Of a DNA stretch of 64,000 nucleotides, positions 42,244 to 53,379 are shown in pieces (within the stretch, counting starts at the first letter, position 1; the number at the start of each line of letters is the position of its first letter). Location of the stretch: positions 224,001 through 288,000 of the forward strand of contig CAVSHR010000008.1 in the NCBI GenBank assembly GCA_963727625.1, in the 5' to 3' direction. The stretch comes from an uncultured delta proteobacterium. GTDB lineage: Bacteria; Desulfobacterota; Binatia; UBA9968. Both the position numbers and the translations under genes were made by a program. The notes below the pieces were generated by a model. That model was given only the letters and a program-made list of their open reading frames with translations. It made no database searches and was not told the DNA's origin.

Positions 42244-44214
42244 TTGGACACCATGAAAGTGTTGCACATCGCAATTACGCCACTTGCAGGGGCGCCTATC
42301 AGGATTGTAAACGCGCTAAACCGCCATACGAGCGTGTGCGCGCGCTTGGTTCTTCTAAACCCGGACGCGTATGGCCGGCGTACATTCGACAGCGATCTCG
42401 TTTGGGAGGCAGATAAGGGCCAAATTCTCGATCTACTCCGTGAATCTGACTTAGTTCATTTTCATCACTTTTTTGATTTGAAGAACAATCCGTTCGGGAT
42501 CGATTTCGCGGAGACATGTCCTCGCGCAAAATTCGCGCGGCAATTTCATACTCATCCGCTGACGGTCGCTTTAGGTGACAGAGCCAGGGCGCGGCAAATG
42601 GTCGACTCAGTCATTCCACAGCTCGTTGTCGGACAATACCAGGAGAGGTTTTATCCACGGGCACGTGTCGTTCCCAATATCGTCCCCCTTGCCGATGAAC
42701 TTTATCGGCCCGTGCGACGGGGTGAGGCTGATCCAGTCGTGTTCTTCGCCCCGACAGTTGACCATCCCGCGGCGAGTATGACTCAGAGCACTACGCGATG
42801 GGAAACAAAGGGAGCAAGCGAAACTGAAGTACTACTACATCACGTCGTCAAAGCATGCGGTAAGGGGCGTGTCCATGTGCGAAGAAATCTCCCGCACAAC
42901 GAATGTCTCCGTGAAAAGCAGCTGAGTGATATCGCGATCGACGAGATGGTCACGGGCAGCTTTCATCTCACCAGCCTAGAGGCGCTTGCGCAAGGACTGC
43001 CTACGTTTGCCTATCTCGATAGTCGTTCATTGGAAACTCTCGCAGAACTGACTGGTGCCTACACGCACCCGTGGCTCAACTTCCGACTCGAAGAAGCGGA
43101 AAAACCCTTGGTCGAATTGATACAAGACGGCGAATTGCGTAGAGAGATGGGCGCCTTCGCTCGCGACTGGATGGAGAAATATTACAACGATCGAGAAATG
43201 GTAAGCCACTATGTACGTGCTTATGAGGATCTGCTCGGGCGCCCCGAAGCCTTTAATAAGCCGAGGTTTGATACTGGTAATCGTCGTCAACTTTTCCAGG
43301 CGCAACGGCGTGACGATCTGATTTGGGAAAGAAGAAACACAAGAATCGCCGCTGACAATGCCATTTTGGAAATAAGACCGAACAACTCGCACACCGTAAT
43401 ACACAATAAAACAGGGCGCATGCCTGACTGGATCAAAGCGCCTATTCACGAGCTTCTGAAAGAATATACTTCAGTCCGTGTCGATGAAATTCAATTTTTA
43501 GAAACACGGCTTGCCGCCGCGGAAAAACTTTTGGAGTTTGCGACTGCAAATGAGGCCAATCGTTGGCTCTACCAGAATAGGCTTGAACGCATGGACGCGA
43601 CTCTCGATATCTTCGACGCGAAACGTCGGGAGTTTCATCTCGATCGGTACCGGTTTGCCGCTGGAAGAGTCAGGGGAAAACAAGTGCTCGACTGTGCTTG
43701 CGGTACGGGCTATGGCGTTCGCCTGCTGCGAGAAATTGGGGGAGCGGCAATCGTTGTTGGCGTCGACATCGGGAAAAAGGCCATCGAGTACGCGTGCCAG
43801 AAACATCGAATTGATTCGACCAGTTTCATTTGCTCCTCAGGAGCCTGTTTGCCGCTAGCCGACAACTCTAGCGATATCGTTACGTCGTTCGAGACCATCG
43901 AGCACGTGTCGGACGACGTCGCCCTAGTTGAAGAGTTTTATCGCGTTCTGAGACCCGATGGAATTCTGATCATATCGACGCCCAATCAGTGGCCGTTGGC
44001 TACTGCACCTAACCATGTCAGAGAATATGATAGGGCTTCGTTCTTAAAAGTGCTTGAGCCTGGATTCCACTGCATAGAACTCTATAATCAAAATTCGGGC
44101 TCTGATACACCATTGAATCATGCTCAAACCCGGGGCATTGTCGCAACAACGGCCGAGAATGACCAGATTGCCGAATGCTATATTGCCGTCTGCCGGCGCA
44201 AAGCGCTTAAATAG
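42244..44214 (+). CDS. GT-B-like domain fused to class I SAM methyltransferase
   Basis: SLEALAQGLP; LDCACGTGYG, SFETIEH, STPN. Confidence 0.75.
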   Translation: MDTMKVLHIAITPLAGAPIRIVNALNRHTSVCARLVLLNPDAYGRRTFDSDLVWEADKGQILDLLRESDLVHFHHFFDLKNNPFGIDFAETCPRAKFARQFHTHPLTVALGDRARARQMVDSVIPQLVVGQYQERFYPRARVVPNIVPLADELYRPVRRGEADPVVFFAPTVDHPAASMTQSTTRWETKGASETEVLLHHVVKACGKGRVHVRRNLPHNECLREKQLSDIAIDEMVTGSFHLTSLEALAQGLPTFAYLDSRSLETLAELTGAYTHPWLNFRLEEAEKPLVELIQDGELRREMGAFARDWMEKYYNDREMVSHYVRAYEDLLGRPEAFNKPRFDTGNRRQLFQAQRRDDLIWERRNTRIAADNAILEIRPNNSHTVIHNKTGRMPDWIKAPIHELLKEYTSVRVDEIQFLETRLAAAEKLLEFATANEANRWLYQNRLERMDATLDIFDAKRREFHLDRYRFAAGRVRGKQVLDCACGTGYGVRLLREIGGAAIVVGVDIGKKAIEYACQKHRIDSTSFICSSGACLPLADNSSDIVTSFETIEHVSDDVALVEEFYRVLRPDGILIISTPNQWPLATAPNHVREYDRASFLKVLEPGFHCIELYNQNSGSDTPLNHAQTRGIVATTAENDQIAECYIAVCRRKALK

Positions 44215-44291
44215 GCCCGCTCCTAAGTGGGAACATGCCTAACCGCTAATAACTTTAGTGTTCTGTAGCGTTAATTTCAATTTCTTCGAAA

Positions 44292-47200
44292 CTATCTGCT
44301 CTTGAGACCTTGCCCTACGCCGTAAATCGACCCGATCCTTAACCCCGCACTGTTTCTGTATGAATTGTTCAATACCTCAGTCGTAACAAAGAATTTGTTT
44401 AAAAGCGTGCGCAAAGAAGTCTCGCTGAAGAAATGCAGATGATCCGTGTTCTCGTATTCTTCTTCGCCGCAAGGGACCTCCAGCAAGAGTGCGCCGTCTG
44501 GACGGAGAATACTCGCAACTTTGGCGAGCACGGCCGCAGGATCTCTTAGGTGCTCCAGCGTGTGGAATGACATGACGAGGTCAAAGTTCTTTGCCGGCAA
44601 TTCGATTTTCTCGAATGGAGAGGTGAGGATATCGACCCCTAATGCTTTCACACCTTCGGCGGCGACCGCCCGGTTCATTTCGCATCCCATGACCTCCATG
44701 CCTCTTTTGCGAAGCTCATGCAGCAGCATCCCTTCGGCGCATCCGATCTCAAAAATTTGTCTCGTTAGACGGGCCGGGTTATCCAGCAGTTTCAGTTTCT
44801 GCAAAATGCCGATTCTTGAATCCAGATAGACTCGCCATTGTTCACTGTCTTGAACGGCGGTGATGCCCTGATGATGGCGGTCTCTTTCCCAGTAACCAAA
44901 ATCGCCGTAAAGCGCATTCAACGTCTGGTCATCGGGCAAATTACGGGCCCAGACATGGCCGCAGTCGCGACACCGGAAAAGAGGCGTCAGCTTGTTCTGA
45001 TATTCAAACTTCCCCCGTGCGCTACAAATCGGACAATAGATAACGCGATCGCCGCCCGAGGGAAACGGGGATGGCAGAAAAGATCGTATTCTATAAAACA
45101 GTTGACGGACCTTTGACGACTCGAAGCGCAGCCTGCGGACAAAATGGCTCGCGACAAAGAACCAAACAAGAATAACCGCGGTTATTGAAGTATGGAGATC
45201 ACGAAGTCCCGATTTCACCAGTCTGCCGAAGAACCAGCCAGACATACACAGCAACAGCGTAAGCGGTTTTACTATACTTTTTGGCGATGCCGGCCAATAG
45301 GGCGCCAGCCTGGCGGTACCGGCGGGGGAGAATATCTTTTCGATGATTGCGCGGGGCGCGTTCGGTATTCCAGCGATGGTAAAAAGACATCGGAAGGCTT
45401 GGCGAAGATGTTTCTGCTTCAAGGCCAACAGGCTTATTCGGTAGTGAAACCAATGAGCCGTGGAATCCACTTCTAGGGCCGACGAGTAGCATGTCTCTGC
45501 TAGGAGATAGTCTTCGATCATCTCCCGCTTCTCGCCGAGTTCGCCCAACTGCTGGCAAATAGGATGCTGCGCCGGTGCATGCGAACGGGCTAGCTCCACT
45601 AACCGAGCCAGACATCCCAATAAGCCCGCAGAATCGTTCGCTTCTGCGTGTCTTCCCGCGAGAACGAGGTATTGTCTTACGGCCCGTTCTGTAATTTGGT
45701 TGTCTACCGCCGGGTCGACCGGATAGAGTTTTAGTTGGTCGAAGGCTTTCTCCAGGCATCGTTTTGCTACGTCAAACTGACTATCGAAGGAACAATGCTG
45801 TGCGGCTGCCTCGATGAGCAGCTCCGGCACAACTTCGATCAAACCTCGCTCTTCGAGAGCTTTAAGTTCCGTGCTCGCCGCCGTTAGATCTCCCTTGCCT
45901 CGCAATGACGCCATCATTACCACGCGCATGGGTATCTCGTGCCAAAGGGAGTGGAAAGGTGGATGCAATTCAATAGCATTTCGCGCATGCGCGATCGCCT
46001 GGTCGAACTGTCCGGTCGCTTGATAAGCGTGCGCTAGTTCGTAGTGGGGAAAGTACCATTTGGGATCGAGCGCGGTGCATTGGAGCCAACAGGAAATAGT
46101 TTCCGATATGCGCTGCTCGAAGTGCGTCTGTAAAGCGAGGCGCACAAGCTCCTGCCACCGTGATCGGGATGGTTGCATTTCACACAACGCCAAGGCGCGA
46201 TCATGGCGCCCCACGAACAAAAAGCTTTTTATAAGCCAATTCCAAGAGCATTCGTCTGCGGCCCTGGGGCTCTGGGAAAGTTTGGCTATTTCGCCGGCGA
46301 TGTAATTCGCCACGCCATTTGGGGGAAGATGAAAGTGTTTTGATTTCACTCTTGCGACATCTGGAGTACCGCGATTCAGGGCGGTTTCAATGGTACTAGA
46401 CAAGGCGCTGATGGCTTCGACAACGTAGGCACCACCGTCGTCGTGGAATAGAGTTTTCAGGCCACAGGCGGTGACGACGGTTGGAATGCCGCGTAGAACC
46501 GCTTCGAGGCAAGTTTGCGAGTTGCCGCGGTTGACCAAGACGCCGGTAATGGGAAAAAGGTCGTCCATGCTGATCTCGCGTCCAACCACTATGGCGTCGG
46601 GGATAATGTTTTGAATGACATGCCGGTTGGTCTCGGTATTCTCGTTGGGATGGAGTTTTACGACGATTCTACACTCGATCCTTCGGCTGGCGTCGGCTAA
46701 TTGAGCTAGGACTTTTTCGCGAAATCCTTGATCGTCTTTGTTATGTAGTGAAAGCCGAGTTCGAAGTGGAGACGTCGTGTATACGATGGGCTTCTTGCCG
46801 TCGGCGATGCCAAGGATATCGAAGGCCGATTTATTCCGGCCCAAATCGATATCGTTGACACGGTCGTTCGCAAGCAAACCGCCAACGCAGAGCATTTCTG
46901 CCGGATAGCCCAGAGTTAAAAATTGCCGTTGCTCTTCCTGCGAAGCGACAAAGAGGCGGTCAAACGGGGCGTCATAGTTATTAATGTCGAATTGATTCAA
47001 TGCGAGCTGCGCGACTTCCTGGATTGCGATCACAGGGATTTGCCGGAGCTTGGCCCAGGCGAGCAATTCTAGAGCAAACGGTTCAAAGACTGCGCCAAGC
47101 GCCAATACGGTAGTATCCGCGGCTAACTTGGTTTCCAACGCGCTATTCCGTTCGAGTTCGACGCCGCTCATCTTCTGACAATGCTGGATCGAAATATCGA

Positions 47201-47360
47201 TGCCGGGAGCGACCTTTTCTAAAGGTCGGTAGTCGATTGCGGTACAACGCCAGCCGGGCAACTGGTCCAGCACCAGTTGCATGTCCCTGATATGGACCGG
47301 GCTCGTCGGATAAAAAAGCAGAAGCGGCGAATTGTTATTGTCAGCCATCGATCGATGCAA
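44292..47360 (-). CDS. Large multidomain protein: GT-B/capsule-like N-terminus, TPR repeats, Zn-finger plus class I SAM methyltransferase
   Basis: KLHPNE, SQTCLEAVLRGIP; TPR helices; CPIC...CRDC; EIGCAEG, FHTLEH. Confidence 0.7.
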   Translation of the reverse strand: MHRSMADNNNSPLLLFYPTSPVHIRDMQLVLDQLPGWRCTAIDYRPLEKVAPGIDISIQHCQKMSGVELERNSALETKLAADTTVLALGAVFEPFALELLAWAKLRQIPVIAIQEVAQLALNQFDINNYDAPFDRLFVASQEEQRQFLTLGYPAEMLCVGGLLANDRVNDIDLGRNKSAFDILGIADGKKPIVYTTSPLRTRLSLHNKDDQGFREKVLAQLADASRRIECRIVVKLHPNENTETNRHVIQNIIPDAIVVGREISMDDLFPITGVLVNRGNSQTCLEAVLRGIPTVVTACGLKTLFHDDGGAYVVEAISALSSTIETALNRGTPDVARVKSKHFHLPPNGVANYIAGEIAKLSQSPRAADECSWNWLIKSFLFVGRHDRALALCEMQPSRSRWQELVRLALQTHFEQRISETISCWLQCTALDPKWYFPHYELAHAYQATGQFDQAIAHARNAIELHPPFHSLWHEIPMRVVMMASLRGKGDLTAASTELKALEERGLIEVVPELLIEAAAQHCSFDSQFDVAKRCLEKAFDQLKLYPVDPAVDNQITERAVRQYLVLAGRHAEANDSAGLLGCLARLVELARSHAPAQHPICQQLGELGEKREMIEDYLLAETCYSSALEVDSTAHWFHYRISLLALKQKHLRQAFRCLFTIAGIPNAPRAIIEKIFSPAGTARLAPYWPASPKSIVKPLTLLLCMSGWFFGRLVKSGLRDLHTSITAVILVWFFVASHFVRRLRFESSKVRQLFYRIRSFLPSPFPSGGDRVIYCPICSARGKFEYQNKLTPLFRCRDCGHVWARNLPDDQTLNALYGDFGYWERDRHHQGITAVQDSEQWRVYLDSRIGILQKLKLLDNPARLTRQIFEIGCAEGMLLHELRKRGMEVMGCEMNRAVAAEGVKALGVDILTSPFEKIELPAKNFDLVMSFHTLEHLRDPAAVLAKVASILRPDGALLLEVPCGEEEYENTDHLHFFSETSLRTLLNKFFVTTEVLNNSYRNSAGLRIGSIYGVGQGLKSR

Positions 47361-47692
47361 TTCCGATTTTAGTGGGGAAATCGTGACGCCGTCCTGTGGT
47401 AATTAAAAGCCGTGCGAAATCGCATTTTAAGTAGCTGTAGATAAGAGCAATCTTCGCGCCGATGGTTTCGAATGAGCCAAACATGCTGGAGCTTATCCAA
47501 TCGGAAAACACCGCCAATTCGATTTCCTTTGGTTTTTTAACCTGTCGGTTGACTATTGGCATTGCTATCTCTACGCCCAATCTGAATACCCCGTTCCAGA
47601 TGTAATGTCCATTTTTGTCCGAAGAATGCTCAAGATTGACAATCAAACGCCGTCAACTGATACTAATTACGGTTAAAAGGGCTCACTGCGAA

Positions 47693-47708
47693 TGGTATGG
47701 CTTTTGCG
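47693..47708 (+). promoter_or_regulatory. Candidate sigma54 promoter
   Basis: TGGTATGGCTTTTGCG, GG-N10-GC, upstream of the radical SAM operon. Confidence 0.5.
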
Positions 47709-47882
47709 GAATATTCGTCCCAACGGCTGAAATCTGTTGCGAGATGTCATTTCGCACACTAAACGTTGGTGCCTTGTCAAAACACGGCAACATTATTGAA
47801 GTTTCAGAGTTGAGCGGGCCGTTAGTTTTAAATACCGCGGCGGCATAGCGGACTGCGAACGTTATTTAGATGGGGAGAACTT

Positions 47883-49229
47883 ATGTGGGCTACTGAGTCC
47901 GTGAATAACGAACCATTAGGATCAGAGCAGACTCCGGACTTCGTGAAGTCCAATAACCGCGTAATCACTCGCCGCGGCGTCATGTGGCTTGGGCAGACTT
48001 GTAACATCCGATGCCACTTTTGCTATTTTCTCGATCGTATCAACTCCACCGATCATCCCGAGCACCCGTTCATGAGCTTGGAAAAAGCCAAACACATCTG
48101 TTCGACGTTGGTGGATTTTTACGGTAACAACGCCATTGATATTCAGGGCGGCGAGCCGACCCTGTTTCGCCACATCAACGAATTAGTTCACCATTGCCGG
48201 ACGATCGGCCTGATGCCGACATTGATAACCAACGCAATCTCGCTTCAGAGCGCGCGCCGCTGCATGGAACTGAAAGATGCCGGCATTCGCGATTTGCTGG
48301 TTAGCGTGCAGGGGCTCGATGACACGTATGACGCGATCGTCGGTGTCAAGGGTGCGGCGGTTAAGCAGCGCGAAGCTCTCGATAACATCATGGACGCCGG
48401 TATTCCGATTCGCTTCAACAGCGTATTATCCAAACCGGTGTTGCCTCAGTTGGAACGGATCGCCAAACTCGCCGTCGACGTCAATGCCCGTGCCGTAAAC
48501 TTTCTCGCTTTCAATCCGTTTGAAGATCAGCAAATCGCCGGGAAACGCAACGCCACCAACGTGCCGCAATATGGCGAGGTCTCGCCATTTTTGAATGCCG
48601 CGATGGATATTTTGGCGGAGGGCGGAGTCGAGTGTAACGTGCGCTACTTTCCGATCTGTATGGTCGAGCCGCGGCATCGCAAGTCTATGTATAATTTCCA
48701 GCAGCTCCCCTACGATACCCACGAATGGGACTACGCGTCGTGGTCATGGACCGGTCAACAGCCGCAGCGCATGAAGTGGGGAGACTGTTCGCCGGTCACC
48801 GATCTGGCCAAGGAAACCTATACGCCTGTGCAATATACGGGAGCGGCGAAGCCCATCGCCGACGCCGGGCGCTGGCTCGTGACCAAGTATCCCCGTTTGC
48901 GCGCCCCGGCTCGGGCAGTGCATCGATCAGTCAGCAAGGTTCTGCAGAGCAAACCTGCTCCTTCCGCCGAGCTTTCGCCAAGGGAAAATTTGTACCGGGA
49001 CAACGCCCGACTGAGGAGCGCGCAACACTGCCGTTATGAATATGGCCAGGCGTGCAACACCTGCGACGTCAGAAACATTTGCGACGGTTTCCACGGCGAT
49101 TACGCCTCGCTCTTCGGCACTGACGAGGCCAAGGGCGTGCAGCTCGGCAAACAAATAGACAACCCGAAATATTTCATCGGCGAACAGGAAAAAGTTGTCG
49201 AAAATGAGGATTTCGGGTGGGCTCTGTAA
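47883..49229 (+). CDS. Radical SAM protein with C-terminal Cys cluster
   Basis: CNIRCHFC, GGEPT, C-terminal C-x6-CNTC-x5-CDG. Confidence 0.9.
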   Translation: MWATESVNNEPLGSEQTPDFVKSNNRVITRRGVMWLGQTCNIRCHFCYFLDRINSTDHPEHPFMSLEKAKHICSTLVDFYGNNAIDIQGGEPTLFRHINELVHHCRTIGLMPTLITNAISLQSARRCMELKDAGIRDLLVSVQGLDDTYDAIVGVKGAAVKQREALDNIMDAGIPIRFNSVLSKPVLPQLERIAKLAVDVNARAVNFLAFNPFEDQQIAGKRNATNVPQYGEVSPFLNAAMDILAEGGVECNVRYFPICMVEPRHRKSMYNFQQLPYDTHEWDYASWSWTGQQPQRMKWGDCSPVTDLAKETYTPVQYTGAAKPIADAGRWLVTKYPRLRAPARAVHRSVSKVLQSKPAPSAELSPRENLYRDNARLRSAQHCRYEYGQACNTCDVRNICDGFHGDYASLFGTDEAKGVQLGKQIDNPKYFIGEQEKVVENEDFGWAL

Positions 49230-50344
49230 AGAGCTACGTTGAAACCTTGGACTCGCGGTTAAGCCAGATCAACACGGTTTCACCGAAAGTATCCATCGTT
49301 GTCACCAATTACAATTATTCAGAATACATCCAAGATTGTCTCCAGTCGGTGAGCTGTCAGACCTACCCGGAGCTTGAATGTATCATCGTGGACGACCACT
49401 CCTCCGACGATTCCGTGGAAAAGATCCGGCAGTTCATCAACGGCGACCAATCCCATATCGACTTCAAACTGATTCGGCACGAATTAACGCGCGGCCAATA
49501 TGCGGCGTTTCGAACCGGTATTGAGCACGCCACCGGCCCTTTCGTATCTTTCTTAGACGCCGACGACTTGCTGTTGCCTGACTTTGTTAGTGAGCATGTG
49601 CGCGTGCATGTGAATGGACCCCCGGTCGCGTTTACCAGCTCCAATCAATACCAGATCGATTCAAAGGGACAGCTTGTCGGGGGCAGTCATCCCGACCTGC
49701 ACACACAAGGTACCTACAGAAGTGTGGGCACAGTTTCCTTGCGGCGTTCCTTTTGGGTTTGGGCGACCACCAGCTCGATGATGTTTCGGCGCACGGTGCT
49801 CGACTATATCTTATCCAATACCGACGATGCCTTTAAAAAGTGCGCCGATAACTACGTCTGTCATTTTGCCGACCTTCTCGGTGGTTCCATTTTGATTCCC
49901 ACCGTGTTGGGTTGTTACCGGCGCCATCAACGCAATACCTTCAGCACCAACCCCTTGATCGGGGGTCGACTGCCCACCGGGGATATGCGTCATCATCCGG
50001 CCCACGATTCGGTGTTGCACTCCATCCGTTCTTGCTTGTTCGAGCGCAACCAGCAATTCATTGCGCTTTTGGGCCTGGATGGATTTTTTCATGTTTTGGC
50101 GAAAGTGACGCCGCTCGCGCAGCTGTGGCGGACTGGACGCTCGATTCGTCGGATTGCCGGCGTTGGTTTTAGAGATTCGATCCAGTTCTGTGTGATATTC
50201 GGCTGGCTTAACCTCAGGACTTTTGCGAGAGCACTCAGGGGAGGTCGCTCAAGCTACACCATGCACGATCTCGAGGGAATAAAACGTGTCGCAAACATTG
50301 CCAGCTACACCGATTATCAGCGTCATCGTCGCGACGCGAAATAG
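49217..50344 (+). CDS. GT2 glycosyltransferase
   Basis: VVTNYNY, VDDHSSD, FLDADD. Confidence 0.9.
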   Translation: MGSVKSYVETLDSRLSQINTVSPKVSIVVTNYNYSEYIQDCLQSVSCQTYPELECIIVDDHSSDDSVEKIRQFINGDQSHIDFKLIRHELTRGQYAAFRTGIEHATGPFVSFLDADDLLLPDFVSEHVRVHVNGPPVAFTSSNQYQIDSKGQLVGGSHPDLHTQGTYRSVGTVSLRRSFWVWATTSSMMFRRTVLDYILSNTDDAFKKCADNYVCHFADLLGGSILIPTVLGCYRRHQRNTFSTNPLIGGRLPTGDMRHHPAHDSVLHSIRSCLFERNQQFIALLGLDGFFHVLAKVTPLAQLWRTGRSIRRIAGVGFRDSIQFCVIFGWLNLRTFARALRGGRSSYTMHDLEGIKRVANIASYTDYQRHRRDAK

Positions 50345-51209
50345 ACGGGAATCGCTCCGGCAGTTCATCGGTGGGCTACGTGTACTGCCCGATCAGCCGG
50401 CGTGGGAGCTGATTGTCGTCGACAACGGCAGCTCGGACGGCACGGACAAATTGCTCTCGGCGATCACGGCGGATTTGCCGGTGATTGTCGTCAACGAAAA
50501 ACAGCCGGGCAAAAGCAGAGCGCTCAATAAGGCACTGAAGCACGCGCGCGGCGACATGCTACTTTTCACCGATGACGATGTCGTTCCCGATCCGGACTGG
50601 TTGGCGGCCTTGCACAAGGCGTCGTCGGAATATCCAAACGCCAACGTCTTTGGTGGCCGTGTTCTCGTTAATCACGAGCGTATTCCAACTTGGATTATGA
50701 AATCGACCAACCTAAAAACAATTTTGGTGTCTGAACAGGACTTCGGCGATGAAATTTGTTGGTTTGCCAGGGATCACTATCCTATAGGGCCGAACTTGGC
50801 GGTGCGCCGGCAATTGCTCGACCAGAGCTCATTCGGTTGGCCGGTTAATCTCGGACCCGGGACTAAGATTCCGCTCGGCGACGAGCGTGCATTTCTCATG
50901 CGATTAAGCCCTTCTGACTCACGCGATAGACTTTACGTTCCGGGCAGCGTCGTGCGTCACAATATCCGCGGCCGGCAGCTGAGTGTCGGCAAAGCTCTCG
51001 CGCGTTGCTACCTTGGCGGTTATGCTGCCGGCCTTATGGGCCGGATGCGCAACCATTCAAGCGTAAACACGGACGAGAACGCATTGCGCGTTGTGCGGCA
51101 GCGGTTGTGTGGTTTATCTAGCGGCCGAGAATTTATTTGCATTCTGGCCCGGGCGCTCGGTGTTATCGCGGGATCTGCTAGCCCCTTTGCCCGTGTTCTT
51201 TACGGCTAG
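50286..51209 (+). CDS. GT2 glycosyltransferase
   Basis: VATRNR, VDNGSSD, FTDDD. Confidence 0.9.
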   Translation: MSQTLPATPIISVIVATRNRRESLRQFIGGLRVLPDQPAWELIVVDNGSSDGTDKLLSAITADLPVIVVNEKQPGKSRALNKALKHARGDMLLFTDDDVVPDPDWLAALHKASSEYPNANVFGGRVLVNHERIPTWIMKSTNLKTILVSEQDFGDEICWFARDHYPIGPNLAVRRQLLDQSSFGWPVNLGPGTKIPLGDERAFLMRLSPSDSRDRLYVPGSVVRHNIRGRQLSVGKALARCYLGGYAAGLMGRMRNHSSVNTDENALRVVRQRLCGLSSGREFICILARALGVIAGSASPFARVLYG

Positions 51210-51212
51210 AAC

Positions 51213-52382
51213 ATGCGGATTCTATTCCTCACTAAGCAACAGTACATGGGCAAGGATCTTTTGTGTGACCGATTCGGCCGTTTCTATGAGTTGCCTAAAA
51301 CGCTTGCTGGTCATGGCAATCACGTTTGCGGCGTTTGCATAAGCTACTGGAAGCAAGCAGATCGCTCGCCAACAGTCCGACAGTGCGTCGATGGCGTGGA
51401 GTGGCGCTCTTTCCAGCTCGGATGGAATTGGCCGGTGGCATTTCTCCGTCATTTTCGGCGGCTGAAAGCAATCGCTCAGGAGTTCAAGCCTGACATCGTC
51501 GTCGGAGCTTCCGATGCCGCGCACGTTATGATGGCAGATTATTTGGCGGCGAAACTTGGAGTCCCTCTGGCAGTGGATTTGTATGACGACTTTGAAAGTT
51601 ATCGAGCGACGCAGTTGCCGGGTATGAAAAAGGGACTCAAGCGGGGAATTTTGAATGCAGCCGCAATTTCGACTGTATCTGATAACCTCTCTACAAAAGT
51701 CAAAACAGAATACCGCGCACTCGGGCTCGTCCGCACGATCACCAACGCCGTTTGCCCGGAAAGTTTTCATGCTGGCGACAAGATCTCAGCAAGACGTAAA
51801 TTGGGCTTGCCGGAATCGGGATTGCTCGTTGGCACTGCCGGTGCTTTGAGCTCCGACCGCGGGACCAACATTTTAATTGACGCCTTCGATAAGTTGTCGC
51901 GCGGCAAGTGTCACTTGTCTTTGGTATTGGCTGGTCCAGTAGATCGCAGCTTGCATATTCCGAAAAACGATCGGATTCGCTATTTCGGAGAACTGCCGCA
52001 TGTCGACGTAGGCTATTTGTTTAACGCGCTCGATGTGGGAGTCGTCTGCAATCGACTCAATCAGTTTGCCGAGTACTGTTTTCCGCAAAAATTCTACGAG
52101 ATGGTCGCATGCCGTTTGCCCGTCGTGGCGGCCGATGTCGGAGTCATGCGCACACTTCTCGCGGGCTATGAAGATTGTCTCTATGAGCCCGAGCAGGCTG
52201 AGTCTTTGACCCAAGCGATAGAAAAACAGCTGAATGCGCCGCGCGTTGCCGAGCTTGTGGCACCGTCATGGAAAGATCGAGGCGGAGATTTCGACGAATT
52301 GTTGAAGCAAGCCCTAACCGGGGCGCGCATGGCTCAAGATGGAGCTCCCGGCGATCGCCTCTTTCATCAAAGCCTCTTGTAA
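51213..52382 (+). CDS. GT4 glycosyltransferase
   Basis: PQKFYEMVACRLPVVAADVG. Confidence 0.85.
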   Translation: MRILFLTKQQYMGKDLLCDRFGRFYELPKTLAGHGNHVCGVCISYWKQADRSPTVRQCVDGVEWRSFQLGWNWPVAFLRHFRRLKAIAQEFKPDIVVGASDAAHVMMADYLAAKLGVPLAVDLYDDFESYRATQLPGMKKGLKRGILNAAAISTVSDNLSTKVKTEYRALGLVRTITNAVCPESFHAGDKISARRKLGLPESGLLVGTAGALSSDRGTNILIDAFDKLSRGKCHLSLVLAGPVDRSLHIPKNDRIRYFGELPHVDVGYLFNALDVGVVCNRLNQFAEYCFPQKFYEMVACRLPVVAADVGVMRTLLAGYEDCLYEPEQAESLTQAIEKQLNAPRVAELVAPSWKDRGGDFDELLKQALTGARMAQDGAPGDRLFHQSLL

Positions 52383-52422
52383 CGATGAATCGACATCAAG
52401 GATCGATTTAGAAGGTTCTGGA

Positions 52423-53217
52423 ATGGAATCAACGATGTTTCATCTGCTCGCGTTTATCCTTGGAACTATGGTCGGCAGTTTTCTTAACGTCTGTATCGGG
52501 CGGATACCTAATGGCGAGTCTATTGTTCTGCCTTCGTCGCGCTGTCCGAAATGCCGCACGCCGATCGCGTTTTACGATAATATTCCACTGATCAGTTATC
52601 TGTTGCTCCGCGGCCGCTGCCGTTCCTGCGGAGAGACGATCTCGCCGCGCTATTTCGTCGTCGAGCTGCTTATGGCCGGGCTCTCGCTCGCGTTGTTTTA
52701 TCGCTTTGGATTTGGCTTTGTTTATTTCGCAAGCTTCCTCCTGGTCGCGGCCTTAATTGTGATATCCTTCATCGATCTGGATGTCCGGATCGTGCCTGAC
52801 GTCATCAGTCTGCCGGGAATTATCGTCGGCTTGTCCCTATCGGTCATCGGGTATTTCGTCGTCGGGGAGTCGATCGTCGTTCCTTCGCCGCTGAGTTCGG
52901 TGATCGGAATTATAACCGGCGGGGGATTTCTCCTGGCGACGGCATGGATTTACGAGAAAATTACCGGCGTTGAAGGCATGGGCGGTGGTGACATCAAGCT
53001 GCTGGCGATGATCGGGGCATTCTTAGGGTGGCCGGCGATCCCGATCACGCTGTTTTTTGCCTCGCTGGTCGGATCAATCGTCGGTCTAGGCTGCATGCTT
53101 CTTACCGGTGCGGGCCGAAGGCTCGCCTTGCCTTTTGCTCCGTTCCTTTGCTCCGGTGCCCTCCTCTTCATTTTCTTTGGGGAAGATCTCATCCGTTTTT
53201 ACTTGCCTCCCGGCTGA
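52423..53217 (+). CDS. pilD: Prepilin peptidase
   Basis: GSFLNVCI, SRCPKC...CRSC, MGGGDIKL, PFAPFL. Confidence 0.95.
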   Translation: MESTMFHLLAFILGTMVGSFLNVCIGRIPNGESIVLPSSRCPKCRTPIAFYDNIPLISYLLLRGRCRSCGETISPRYFVVELLMAGLSLALFYRFGFGFVYFASFLLVAALIVISFIDLDVRIVPDVISLPGIIVGLSLSVIGYFVVGESIVVPSPLSSVIGIITGGGFLLATAWIYEKITGVEGMGGGDIKLLAMIGAFLGWPAIPITLFFASLVGSIVGLGCMLLTGAGRRLALPFAPFLCSGALLFIFFGEDLIRFYLPPG

Positions 53218-53363
53218 TCACTCGTGCCGCCCGCCCGACAAATTCCGTCAATGTGACGCGCTTTGGCAGAGCCGCGAATTGGCCGGTTCACAATTCTAGG
53301 CAATTTAACTCTAATTCCCTGCCAAAACATGACATCTACGCAGCGACCAGACGGCCGGTTAAT

Positions 53364-53379
53364 TGGTGTGCGAATTGCA
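53364..53379 (+). promoter_or_regulatory. Candidate sigma54 promoter of the pilin operon
   Basis: TGGTGTGCGAATTGCA, GG-N10-GC, ~80 bp before the first pilin ATG. Confidence 0.55.
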
